64,000 bases of DNA, taken from the IMG/VR virus record IMGVR_UViG_3300021387_000090, positions 90,700 to 154,699 of that record; one strand, written 5' to 3'. This DNA is from a virus (taxonomy: Duplodnaviria > Caudoviricetes). Of this stretch, positions 43,438 to 56,273 are shown in pieces (position 1 is the stretch's first letter; the number at the start of each line of letters is the position of its first letter). The notes below the pieces were generated by a model, which saw only the letters and a program-made list of their open reading frames with translations, did not search any database and had not been told where the DNA came from. A program made the translations under genes and the position numbers.

Positions 43438-46400
43438 ATGAGTAAGTTTTCTGGAAAATGTGATTTTTATGATTCTATAATGATTCATGGCCTACCCCGA
43501 ATCCTCTCTTCCGATATTTATATAGGGGATAATATAATCCCTCTGCGGATTGATACGGAGAAAGACTGTATACCTTATTATCCATACTTAGTTTCAACCT
43601 CTGCTATGAATAAAGAAGGTAAAAGTACAATAGTTCTTACTTCCCGATCTTATGTAGATATAAATGAAGAAGAACAACTAAACAATACCTTAAAAACTGT
43701 CCTAAGAATCTATAATCGTTGTAAGAGAAATCATGTACCTTTTGATGAAGAAATTACTTTAAATCAAATGAAGTTTTTAGTAACTGAAGACTATGAACGT
43801 GAACTGGTACACCGTGTTGCGTTATATGGCAACAAAGCTACAATTAGTGATATACATAAACCTTTTCATAACTATTACAGAGATCTTTTATTTGATGAAA
43901 TGATCTCAAATGGGTATGATAAGCAAAGAGCATATTATTGGGTATATAAGAAATTCAAATCTTTTAAAGGAGAATAATTATGGAACATCTTGTAATTCAT
44001 TATAATGATGGGAATAAAAAGGAAGATCTCTATTTTAATGTAAAGACCAATAAGGATGTGTTGAATATTATTATGAATGAAACAGCCCCTGAGAAGTTAT
44101 GGGCCAGAGGTTGGGTTAACAACAAAAATTATATATGGAACGAGGTAAGATAAAAATGGATAAGTTTAAAATCAGAATTGGTGACTATGAGTATCTTGTT
44201 ACTAATAGTGTAATAGAAAAAATATGTAAGATACTTTGTGATGAAAAAATAGATGGTTCTTTAATTACTAATTCTGCACTTGTTCTTAATAAGAAAGAAC
44301 TGGATGCTATCACTGAAAGGATTCAATGGTTCTATGAAGTAAATAAAGATAAACAGCTTCAAGAAGCATTAGGTGTAATAGCAATTATTGACTTTATAAT
44401 CGAATCAAAGACAAATAGCAAGGAGGTAAAATAATTATGGCAAGTATTTTTAAATTTAGTGGGTATATGGTTGCCCCGAATGATGAGATTGACGCAAAAG
44501 AGTTTATGGATGGCCTAATTGAATTTGCAGAAATGAATGATATGTATGAGGGGCCGTTAGTAACTGAAGCAAGAAAGTTTGAATGGGATGATGATCTTTT
44601 AATCAATGATACTGAATGTCCTGATGAAGTATTTGAAATGTACTTTGATGGTACTATTAAAACCTATGACGATTTTGAAAAAAATGAATTCGAAGAGGAT
44701 GAAGAGGAAATTGATTGTGAAAAGTGTGAATGTCGGGATGAATGTGATATGTATCATTGTGATGATAGTGATGATAGTGATTCCGAAGATGACGATGATG
44801 TAACTATATATATTACTATTTATGACGGTATTGATGATGAGGAAGATGAAGATCAAGAGAAGCAGGTTGAATTGAAGAGAGCATCTGATAAGGATGTAGA
44901 TCATCTGGTTAATCTTTATCTTGATAATATGAACAAATACAACAAACATTCTATCCTGACCGCAGATAAACTGTTAGACAATGAATCTGAATTTTGTAGA
45001 GGCATTATGCTGTCTGATAAGGAAATTGCTCTTTTAAAGAATAAGATGAATGACTTTAAAATCAATGAAACTAAAAAAGATGCCATTTCTCTCCTCTCCG
45101 CTCTTGAAATGTTGCTTGCAGATGAGTAAATAATGTGGCAAGCCTTTCTGCTGTTAGTCTGTCTATGTGCTTCAGCAATTTTAATTGCATTTACTACTAT
45201 AGTGATTCTTTATACTGCTGAAGCCATAAAAGACTATATTAATTTTTGGAAGGATGATTGATTAACATGATGAAAATAATCAGTAACAGAATTCAATGTA
45301 AGCATTGCGGGGATATTATAGAATCCAAGACAGTGCATGACTTCAAGTTCTGCAAGTGCGGCTGTGTAGCTGTTGATGGTGGACATGATTATTTGAAGCG
45401 CTGTTTTAAATATTCTTGTGATGATTATTTGGATTTATCAGTATGTGAGAGGTATGACGATGAATGATATTGTAAAAGCAATAATATACCTTATTATTGC
45501 AACTCTAATAACTTTCTTTATTTTAGCTGGGCTTACTTACCTCATATGTTTAGGTTTTGGCCTTACATTTACTTGGATAAAAGTATTAGGTATATGGGCT
45601 ATATATATTATTCTAAATACACTTGTTGGCCCAGCTTCACGAGGTAATTAAAATGTCACAAATGTTGTTAACTAATTGTCCTAATTGTGGCGCTCCATTA
45701 AATTCAGATGGTTATTGTTCTTATTGTAATACAAAGATCAGATATGCCAATGAAGTGGAGTATAGAACTTTTCTTTATAATGGATGTATTAGAGATATAT
45801 TGCCAACTGAGATATTGTTCAAATTTAAAGCTGATGATGGGACTATGCTGATACTACCATTTATTGGTAAACCAGAAAATATTGAAATTACTTATGATGA
45901 CACTTGTTGCATAGATTATTATGGTAATACAGTAGCCAAATTTCATAGCACTCCATCAATCAAATTTGATTTTGTTGGAAATATAAAGCCGCAACCTTTG
46001 GGAACTGTAACGACACATTAAGGGGATATAAAATGATTAATGATAAGAATTGGCAAGTAGGGGATATCGTTTATTGGGTACATAAAGATGGTTGGGAATC
46101 AACTGTACATTGGGGTAGAATTGATGAAGTATTCTCTGATGCTTTATGCATAGATTATCTTGAGCCTTATGAGCGCCGTATGGTTAACGGTATTCCTATT
46201 GATGAATTTGAATCAGAAACAGATTACAGAAAATTACCAAAAGGTTGGAAACCTTTAATGCCTTATGATTCGTTATTTACTATTACATATAATCCGTGGC
46301 CTGTTGCTTTGTCTAATCTTCGGTATGATAATCCTGATCAGATAAAGAAAGCATATGAAGATGGGTTACTTGTAAAGTCCTCTTCTATCTTTAAAGGTGA

Positions 46401-48629
46401 AATTACGGCAGATATTACTGATAAGGGATATAGGATTATCAAGCGATATCCTGTCTGGTATATGAGTAATCCACATCGTCCTAACACAGCAACTGTGCAA
46501 TACTCTAATGCATATAGATCATTTGTAGAAGCAAAAGCTATATGTGACGCACAGATTCAGGAATTCAAACGTCAAGCTTCTCTTTCTGATTTGGAGTGGT
46601 CAATTGAACAAATTGATAATGATCTAAATCGCTGGCAGACTTTGTATGGTAAGACGGATGAAGAAAAGAAAGAACTACGGGATAAATTACTTAAGATGGA
46701 CAATCTTGAAGATCTTGAAACAAGAATCGCTGATGGCGATATTCAGTGGAAATATTGGAAGAATAAAAAATGGCATGATATCGAAAGTTGAGAGGTGAAA
46801 TATGAATAGAGATTTGGATGGAGTATATTTTAGAATCGAAAGAGACGGTAGTTATCACAATGTCTGTTTTTCAGACTTAAATGAATTCGAACGAGATAGG
46901 ATGTTGCAGGATAGGTCTGAAGAATGGCTAAAAGAATTGTGTTGTATTCTTGCAGATGCGTTAAAGGAAATTGGTGATACGTTTGATATTGTTGGCGAAG
47001 AACCATCAGAGGAGGAAGAATAATGAAACTGGTATATGTATTAGACATTGATCCTGTTGATGGATCTGCGGAAGAATCATTAGAAATTGATGGTCAAGAA
47101 TTTGCCAAACATTGGGATATGGTTGGCAGTCATGCTGAAACAGACGCTGCCCCATATGCGGAACTTGCAGAGGGGTATGCTACAGAGAGTATGTTAACTG
47201 CATGTGATTTTTTTGATTCTGCAGATCTTGTATATGAACTTCTCCCTATAGAATATTCAAACTATAGAATATTCGAATGCTGATTATTGGGGGTAACCGT
47301 TATTATGAGAGTGGGTAATAAGGTAATTCGTGGAAGACGTTGGCGAACGCAGGAAAGATGGCAAGACAAGATTCGAGCAGAAGAATATGGTAAGCGCAAA
47401 TATTTAGACCATTCAAAAAAGAGTCGAATAAAAAAGAAGCAAGAGCGAATTAAAAACAAGAGACTTTGTAAGAAATATCCATGGCTTATCCCTCGTAATA
47501 GATTCTCAGATAAGATTTGTTGGGTAGCTCATCCTTATGATTACACAGAATTAGACTCAATGCCTAATGGTTGGTGTAAAGCTTTTGGAGATCTATGGTG
47601 CGAAGATATTCAACAAATTCTTGAGAAGAACAATTATGTTGATAAGTTAAGGATTATGCAGATCAAAGAAAAATTTGGGCAGTTGAGAACATACTTCGGC
47701 CCCATCCCAAAAGAAATGGACGATCTCATTTGGGCTTATGAGCTTATTTCAGAGTATGTTTGTGTCCGCTGCGGAAGGTTGGACTCCCCCATCATCAATA
47801 ATTATGGTTGGTACGAACCAATTTGTAGAACTTGTTATAATAAACAGACCTGGCGTGAAGAACCTTATGGCGAAAGATTGAAAGAAGCTGGGATAGAAAG
47901 TTTAGAAGACATGAAGATTCCAACAAGCTTTGTTATTCGCAGTTGCAGCAAAGATGAAACTGCGGAGCTAACTATTGATATTTCTGATTTAGTGGCGAAG
48001 ATTCGTTATAAAAACAGAAAAAGGAGAAGCAACATTGAATAAGAGGCTTCGTAAAAAAAGAGGTATTTATACCAAGTTCAAAGATAAAGAGACTTATAGT
48101 TTGGATTATACAATAGCGCAGTTTGTTCTACCACGACTTAAGCGGTTTAAGGAACTTGACAGAGGATGCCCCACAAAATTTTTCTTGGATGCAGATGGTA
48201 ATTCTCATTTTGATGATGAAAAATGGGAAGAAAAGGCTCATAAAGAATGGCAAGCAATTCTTGATTGTATGATCTATTCTTTTAACCAGATTGTAAACGA
48301 GTTTGGTGGCCCTGATAAGTTAGAGAATGAATCTTTTGAGGATTATAAAATTAGATATGCACAATGGCAGGATTCTATACAGAATGGTCTAAATTATTTT
48401 GCAAAATACTTTATGGACTTGTGGTGGTAAGGGGTAAATAATCATGGGTTATTATGGAGAATTTAGTTATAATTTAGCATATGATGACGGATACGCTCAA
48501 GGCAGTTTTACAACAGCAACTTGGATGATTAGTTTAATTAAAGATTATATTAAAGATGAATCAATGATTAATGGTGAACATTTGTTGTATTATATTCAAG
48601 ATAAAATTCGTAACGAAAGCAAGACATGA
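43438..48629 (+). other. Operon of ~14 hypothetical proteins upstream of the RNA polymerase
   Basis: Co-oriented ORFs following a TTGACA-17nt-TAATCT promoter near 43323. Confidence 0.65.
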
Positions 48630-48657
48630 TTTAATAGGGAAAGGTAGGTGATACCCT

Positions 48658-51600
48658 ATGGGTCAATTTGGGTATAAGATACGAAATTATCAAGCGGGGT
48701 CAATTTATGGATTAGATATTGGTGTACGAGACAGATATGATTTTAAAGATGCAATGCTGACTAATAGCTTGTTTTTGGATTTCTTAAAACAAAATGGTTT
48801 ACAGACTCATAAGGAAGAAAGTACACGAGATGTTATTTGTATCGAATTTAATTATGGGGTTCATAGTTATAAAGATGAACTCGCCTCCATAAAAAGACGA
48901 ATCAAACAAGCTGATAAAGATCATGCCAACGGGCAATTAAATGATAAAGATTATACCAGTTATATAGCTGCGATGAATGTCTTACAGGATCGTGCAGAGG
49001 CTGTTAAAGATAAATTTGTCAAAAAAACTAGAGAGCAACTTCGGGAAGAATATTACCAAAATGGTGTAAGTATCACTTATGATACTCATAATAAGAGAGG
49101 CGATGTAATCAAGTCAGAAACCATTCATTATAAAATGTTATACAGGACACCGGGTAAGGCCAAGAAAGGATCCTGTATGTTTATAAGAGATGAATTATTT
49201 GATGCAGCACGAAACTTTTTATATATGGGGATACACCTACCTGAAGAAAATGCTCCTATAGTTGAGATTGGCGCTTATTCTTCTCTCGTTACAAGTACTA
49301 TCGTAGATAGGATTCAAATTAAGCCTGAAGAGATTCTTATACTCAAAGATGTTGATGCTTATTTTAATACTAAGGTGATTAGTGTTGAGTTGGACGAGAA
49401 CAAGCATTGTGTAGCAGTTCCTAAAGATAATTATCAAGTAAAAAATACTTTGTTTGATGGTCAGGCTTTAATTGATGAATCCATATTTCCAGAGTGGGGG
49501 GAAGGTTATCTTCTATTACGACATCATTTCTGTAAGATGGCTGCTTTCAGATCTGATATTCAATTGTTTTTTCGAGACTATTTTGGTGATGATTATGAAT
49601 CCGCTGTTGTTACAGATATGTGGGGAAATCAAAAGCCAGCGAAGGACATCAAATTAATCACTACTGATAACGCTCTCAAATGGCTTAAGTTTAACATTGA
49701 TTTTGATTATTGGTCAGACTGGGTTAGAAAAAATGATTGTATGTTTGGTATAGTCAAGACTGCTCATAAAAGTAAATTTGGTGATGTACAACGAATGAGT
49801 TACCAGATGGTCAATGCCCTAGATATAAATAAGATGGAATCTATCTGTAAATGTACAGTTGATTATATATGTGAATTAAAACAAAATGATGAAGTGTTTC
49901 TTGATTATCTTAGGAAGAATCAAAATTTTTCAAATGATTTTGAAGTGTTGGTAGCTTTGGTCGAACATAATCCAGAGTTTGTAAGATGTGATTATTATAG
50001 AGAAAGAAAAGCCGAAATAATTAGAGGATATATTAATACTGTAAAGGGCGGGAAATTAATTCAAAATGGTGATAATCTCGTAATTGTTGGTTCACCTTAT
50101 GCGATGCTGCTTCACGCTGTGGGTGAAGATGTGAATAAAGATGATACGTTTCAGATTGAAGAAGGAACAATTCAATGTTATACAGAACGCTTTGATGATG
50201 GAGAATATTTGGCAGAATTTCGTTCGCCGTTTAATAGCAGAAACAATTTGGGATATTTACATAATCATTATTCTGATAAGATGAAACGCTATTTTAATTT
50301 TGGCAAACAGATTATTGCTATAAATATGATTGGTACGGACGCACAAGATATGAACAATGGCTTAACATACTGGGCCAGCATACAGTAATGTATGTAAGAA
50401 ATATACGGTGAATTTTTGGAAAGCTAAGTATAAATTGAAGAATGGGAGGAAAATGATTGATTCGATTATAGTTGACGGTGAAGAATATAGATATTATGAA
50501 TTAAGGGGCAGAGGGAAATATGTTAGCAAATCGGGCAAAGCAATAAATCCAATAAGGAGAAATCAAGAAGTTACTATTCATCACAATGCTGATGGGTATC
50601 CTTGTTTTGGCGGCGGTGTTCCTGTACATTTATATGTTGCTCATGCTTGGGTCCCGGGTTATTTTGATGGGGCCGAAGTAAATCACAAAGATTTTGATCG
50701 AAATAATTACTCTGCTGATAATTTAGAATGGATCACTCATAAAGAAAATATAGATTATACTGTATTGAATAATAATGATGTAGTTTGTAAAAGCAAGCAA
50801 GGGATTAGAAATGGAAGAGCTACTTTTTCTGAGGATGAAGTATATTTAATTAGAAGACTCTATGATCAAGGAACTAAAATTGCCGATATATTAAAATTAT
50901 TTCACCCTGAACTTGTTACAGCTAAACAGTATAAATCTTTACATAGTACTTTTTTAAATATTGCCAAGCGCAATACTTGGAAGTCGTTACCAGAAAAATA
51001 ATTTGAGTCAATTTATATATGCTAATCAAAAGCCAAGCTTATTGAATACCATAAAAGTAAATAGGAAGGTTTAGAGACTAGACGATGAGCAGGTATAGCA
51101 ATAATTCGTCCACGAGCGCCGTATCTCCTACCATTTAATTGGGGAGAATGATATAGTCCGACACTCCGGGGAAACCCGGAGTTGCCCAGAATAAACAGTC
51201 TGGGACATAACAATAAGCAGATCAGGACTCGGATAGTTTATACGTTACCGATCAACCAGAGGTAGTTTCTTGTGCTAAAGAATTTTATAGAGACTATCCA
51301 ACAATAGTAAACAATATTCCTAAAGAAAAAAATCATTATTCTAGTTCGTTACTTGATTTTGCACGAGTAGATAATAACCTCATGGCAAGCCAGCTTGCAA
51401 TAGGTGAGTCAAGTAACTTAGCACAGATTGCTTTATCATATACTTTTAACAAGGAATCGACAGAATTAAATGATGCGGTTTGTATCTTAAGTGTTCTTGC
51501 TCAGTGTGCAATTGATAACGCAAAAAGAAAATACGATATTGATATTACAGAAGAAATCAAATTAATTAAAAGAAAAATTGATATACCTCATAATGGTTAT

Positions 51601-52116
51601 CCTTCTTTCTGGAGTGTAATCCGTCCAGAATTTAAACGAGCAAAAAATAAGAGCAAAATTAATCGAGAATTAAAATGCCCTATGAATTATATATATCGTA
51701 TTAAATTACCCAACGCTGCACCAAAGACTTCTACCATGGCAATGAGCGAGTTTTTTATTAAGCATGAATTTGAAAATGATCGAGGCAGTCTTAGGAAATC
51801 AAAAAGAGTGGAGCAGTTAATTGAAAAATATTCGCTTAGATTATTATTGGCTTCTCAGTCAAATGAAGATGATAATTATGATTTAATAATGATTTTACAA
51901 GATGATTTTGATAAACTCATTGAGAATATTCGAACTACTTATATTTCTAATAATTATGTTGGGCTTATCTCCAGATTAATAGATCGTGCGTTTAGAATAA
52001 CGCCTAATTTTAGCAGACACACCAATGCGAATACTTCTAGTAATAAGGCACTTTTATTAAAAACTCTCTACAAAGTAAATCCAAAAGCCTTTTTACGCTG
52101 CTTTAAAGGCGAATAA
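48658..52116 (+). CDS. yonO: YonO-like single-subunit DNA-dependent RNA polymerase; join(48658..50362,51218..52116), 867 aa
   Basis: YKMLYRTPGKAKKGSC, NTLFDGQALID, LLRHHFCK and FRSPFNS motifs; splicing restores NNG-S-DQDSD; exon lengths 1705+899 are in frame; upstream of HU and terminase as in SPbeta. Confidence 0.85.
50363..51217 (+). mobile_element. Group I intron in the RNAP gene, carrying a homing endonuclease
   Basis: P1 TGGCT|TAACATACTGGGCCA with U-G pair at the splice site; GCTAATCAAAAGCC, TTAGAGACTA and GATATAGTCC elements; terminal G. Confidence 0.88.
50453..51001 (+). CDS. Intron-encoded HNH homing endonuclease
   Basis: VHLYVAHAW, EVNHKDFDRNN...NLEWITHKEN; GGGAGG RBS before ATG 50453. 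Confidence 0.88.
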   Translation: MIDSIIVDGEEYRYYELRGRGKYVSKSGKAINPIRRNQEVTIHHNADGYPCFGGGVPVHLYVAHAWVPGYFDGAEVNHKDFDRNNYSADNLEWITHKENIDYTVLNNNDVVCKSKQGIRNGRATFSEDEVYLIRRLYDQGTKIADILKLFHPELVTAKQYKSLHSTFLNIAKRNTWKSLPEK

Positions 52117-52338
52117 TGTGGTAATTCAGAAAAAATCACCTTTAAAAAACCTAATAAAATGAGTGTTTTATCAAAGTCAAAATTTCTGGATAAATGATAG
52201 AAAAAATAGGAATATTTGGAGTATATCACCGCTTTCTCCTCCGATGCGGTATATAAACACGGAGTCATGACTATTAACCTTTTAAGGGCTGTAGGTTAAA
52301 ACAGCCCTAATATTATTGAATACAAAGGAGTAACTAAG

Positions 52339-52611
52339 ATGAATAAGACAGAATTTTACAAGGCGGTAGCCGAAAAGACAGGTATGACGATTAAGGATAC
52401 TAAGACAGTTTTTGAAACAGCGCAGGAAGTATTGTTTAATACTGTAGCTGCGGGTGATGAAGTAAGAATGTTTGATGGTGTAACTTTCCAGAAGGTACAT
52501 AAGGAAGCTCGGAATTCTCGTAATCCTCAGACTGGAGAGGCAATAGTGATTCCTGCAAGAAATGTACCAAAGGTAAAGATTGGAAAGGCTTTTAAGGAAG
52601 CAGTCGCTTAA
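52339..52611 (+). CDS. hup: HU-family histone-like DNA-binding protein (YonN-like)
   Basis: MNKTEF..AVAEK and ARNSRNPQTGEAIVIPA...GKAFKEAV. Confidence 0.92.
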   Translation: MNKTEFYKAVAEKTGMTIKDTKTVFETAQEVLFNTVAAGDEVRMFDGVTFQKVHKEARNSRNPQTGEAIVIPARNVPKVKIGKAFKEAVA

Positions 52612-52654
52612 TAGAGAATACACTTAATACTTATATCTATATTGTTCTATTGTT

Positions 52655-52685
52655 AAACCCGAAGTATAAATACTTCGGGTTTTTT
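52655..52685 (+). terminator. Intrinsic terminator
   Basis: AAACCCGAAGTAT/ATACTTCGGGTTT hairpin followed by a T run. Confidence 0.75.
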
Positions 52686-52757
52686 GGCCTTTTAGCTCAA
52701 TGGTAGAGCATTCGGCTGTTAACCGAAGCGTTATTGGTTCAAGTCCAGTAAGGGCCG
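52686..52757 (+). tRNA. tRNA-Asn(GTT)
   Basis: GGCCTTT/AAGGGCC-G acceptor; TTCGG-CT-GTT-AA-CCGAA. Confidence 0.9.
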
Positions 52758-52987
52758 TTATCCTCTTCAAGAGGAAATATTATGAAAGAAAAGGATTAAA
52801 CATGATTAAGATTAGTCAAAAAGAAGCGGAATACATCCGTTCCAAAGGTATGGATTATTTAATTCATATTTCCAGTGCGACACATAAGAGTCGTGCAAAA
52901 AGATATTATTTAACGGAAGATAAAAAGGCAATGCGGCTAATTAGGGAGTATAGGGAGAATTCTGTAACTTCAACTTTTGGTTAAAAT

Positions 52988-55981
52988 TTGAATGAGGAAT
53001 TTTCTATGTATAAGAAGTATAATCCAAATCCAGCGCACAAAAGAAATGGTGACTGTATTATAAGGGCAGTTACAAAAGTAACAGGAAAATCATGGGAACA
53101 AGTATATGCTGAATTAGCTATACAGGGTTTCGTTCTATATGCTATGCCGTCAGAAAATGATGTTTTGCATGAATATCTATATCAATTAGGTTTTGATAGA
53201 TTTATAATTCCTAATAGCTGTCCAAAATGCTATACAGTGCGTGATTTTACATATGATCATCCTTATGGTGAATTTATCTTAGGGACAGGATCTCATGTAA
53301 TAGCAGTAATAGATGGTGATTATTATGATAGTTGGGATTCTGGTGAAGAAATCCCAATTTTTTATTGGAGGAGGTAATTTATGGCTATAACAAATTTGGC
53401 GAATGGCTACCAACCAACGACTGCGGTTAATGGTAATAATTATGGGAATAATTATGGTTACTCTTCTACTCCTACCCCTGTAAATTCAACATCTCTGACT
53501 CCTCCACCTGCCATTATTGGTTTTGTTCGCGGGCGAATGGGAGCGGGTGCATATCCGATTATGTCTTCTAATACGACTGCTTATTTATTTGATGTTGAAG
53601 ATCAAACTAAGTTTTATATTAAACAAACAGATGCCTTTGGTATGACTATGCCTTTGCGGCAATGTACATATCATGAGGATTTTATACAGTTTCAACCGAC
53701 TCAAGTAGCTATACCAAATGTAGCACAAGAAGTTGATGAAAGTAAAGAGCCAATAAATAATTCTTCTATTTCAAAAGAAGAATTTGATGAACTAAAGGCT
53801 CAACTTGCAGCATTAACAGATACTATTCAAAAACAGAATTTCCAGCAAAACAAACCTAGAAAGGAACGAACAAATAATGTTTAATTTTCCTAATAATAAT
53901 ATGGGTAATATAAGTAATGTTATTAATTCTTTGATGGGTAATATAAATAATGTTATTAATTCTTTGGGTGGTGCTACACAAATGATGCAACAATTTAATC
54001 AATTTAAAAATAACTTGCAAGGCGACCCAAGGTTACAAGTTCAGAATTTATTAAATTCAGGACAAATGAATCAAAATCAATATAGTCAATTATTGTCATT
54101 GGCACAGACATTAAATCAAATGATGCCAAGGTATTTTTAGCTTCAAAGGAATATCAAGATAATCCAGAGAGTTTTTTGAATAAATCAAAACGGATAAAAC
54201 CATGCGCAAGGTTTATTATATGGAACTTTTTGTTTTATTTTGAAAGGAGCATAATATGGCTATTATGTCTGATTCTATGGGGCCAGCTGATATCGCTGCG
54301 GTAACTGGTAATAATGGTAATGGTGGTTTCAATGATGGATCTATTTGGATTTGGGTACTCTTCCTCTTCGCATTAATGGGTGGTTGGGGTAATAATGGAA
54401 ATAACGGTGGCGGCGGTTATATGGCCTATCCTTATATGGGTAACACAGTCCAAAGTGGATTTGATCAAGCGGCAATTATGAGCGGCCTTAATGGCATTAC
54501 TTCTGGCATTTCTACTGGTTTTGCTAATGCTGAAGTAAGTCGTTGTAATGGGCAGACCAATATTTTGCAAGCCTTAAATACGAATCAAGCAAATTTAACG
54601 AATCAATTAAATACTATTGCAATGAATCAGCAAAATTGCTGTTGTGAAAATAGAGCGGCTACTGCTGAAGTAAAATATGCAGTTGCTAATGAAGCGGCTG
54701 CTACACGAGCAAATACTGATGCTAAAGTCCAGATGGTTATGGATAAGTTGTGTCAGCTTGAATTAGATGGCGTAAAGCAGAATTATGAGAACCGTATTGC
54801 GGGTATGCAGAATACTATTGATGGACTGCGTATTCAGGTAAGCAATGCTAGATTTGATGCTTCTCAGGATGCTCAAACTGCCACCATTCAGGCAGGACAG
54901 AGAAGCCTCGCTAATGAAGTAGAACAGTATGTCCTTCCTACTGCTAGACCTGCTTATATCGTACCAAACCCTAATTGTTGTGGACAGAATTATTATGGAT
55001 ATGGTTGCGGTTGTGGTGCTTAAGAAAGAGGTGGCATATGGCAGAATATAGTGCAAATGCCCGTCAGAATGTAACCACGAATCAAAACGTATTATTTACT
55101 AATGCTCCTGATCCGTGTAATAAAGGGCTAATTATTCATAGAGATGGATCTGGTATTTTTACTTTGAAAGGGATCGTCCCTAATACTTATCAGGGTTGTA
55201 ATTGCTGTAATAATAATAACGTAGCAAGATATTTGGTGACCTATGGGGCGAATATCCAGATTCCAACTGGTGGCACAGTTGGTGAAATTAGTTTAGCATT
55301 GGCTGTGGATGGGGAAATTCTTCCTGATAGCATTGTTCGTGTAACGCCAGCGGCAGTTGATCAATTTCAGTCAGTAAGTCGTACTGTTAGCGTTCCTGTT
55401 CCCCGTGGATGTTGTGAAAACATTGCTATAGAAAATACTAGCACTCAAACTATTGGTGTGCAAGAAGCAAATATTGTATTTTCTCGTCCTGACTTATATG
55501 TAACAAGGTAAGGAGGGAAAATATGGGCAAAAGAAAATTCGAAGAATTAAAATATAGATTGTGTGACGAACTCCAAGAATTGGAAGAACGTCCTAGATGG
55601 TCTGAAAAAGATGTTGAAATGATTGATCGACTTACTCATTCTATTAAAAGTCTTATGAAATATTTAGAGATGGAAGAACAGAATGATTTAGATTATGAGG
55701 GTCAATCTTTTGCTAGGGGAAGATATAATACTCGTTATTATAGAGACGATCAAAGCTATGGGCGTGGTCGAAGTTATGACGGAAGTTATGATGATAGAGG
55801 CTATAATAATTATCGGAGTTATGATGATCGGCCTTATATGGGGCGTAGTCGAGATGATGAGATGGATAGCAGAAAACAAGAATTAGAGCATGAATTGGAA
55901 GCTTTGATGGAGAAAACATCTGACGCTGATGTTAAGGAAGCTATTAAGAAGACCATGGCTCAGATGAAAAAGAATAAATAA
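52988..55981 (+). other. Six-gene cassette of N/Q/G/C-rich hypothetical proteins (52988-53377, 53381-53884, 53877-54140, 54256-55023, 55037-55511, 55523-55981)
   Basis: Co-oriented ORFs with RBSs; QNCCCE motif protein, BclA-C-like beta protein, YDD/GRS-repeat protein; ends at a terminator. Confidence 0.65.
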
Positions 55982-55988
55982 AAATATA

Positions 55989-56024
55989 TGGGGGGTAGGC
56001 TTGATAAAAGCCTACCCCCTTTTT
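55989..56024 (+). terminator. Intrinsic terminator
   Basis: GGGGGTAGGCTT/AAGCCTACCCCC hairpin followed by TTTTT. Confidence 0.8.
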
Positions 56025-56273
56025 GATGATAAGGAGAATAATTATGGAAGCAAAGCGTACTATAAAAACGGATGTAAAATTTAAAGATATCCTGATTAAG
56101 GATAATCAGATTGTAGATTTCGAAACTGGTGTAACTATAGATTTAATTGCCAATTTGGAAGAAATATATGCGGATGAGCCTTTTACATTAACTTGTACAA
56201 CCAAGTCCGAAGAAATACTTGAATTAGAAAATAACGATTAATATATATAGATCGGAATAAGGAGAGATTTGTT

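Noticed and set aside
48658-52116. Stop-codon recoding or pseudogenisation of the RNAP
   Set aside because: The break is fully explained by a group I intron, and other genes are intact under the standard code.
52700-52801. Extended N-terminus of ORF 52700-52984
   Set aside because: It overlaps tRNA-Asn; the likely start is ATG 52802 after AAAGGA.
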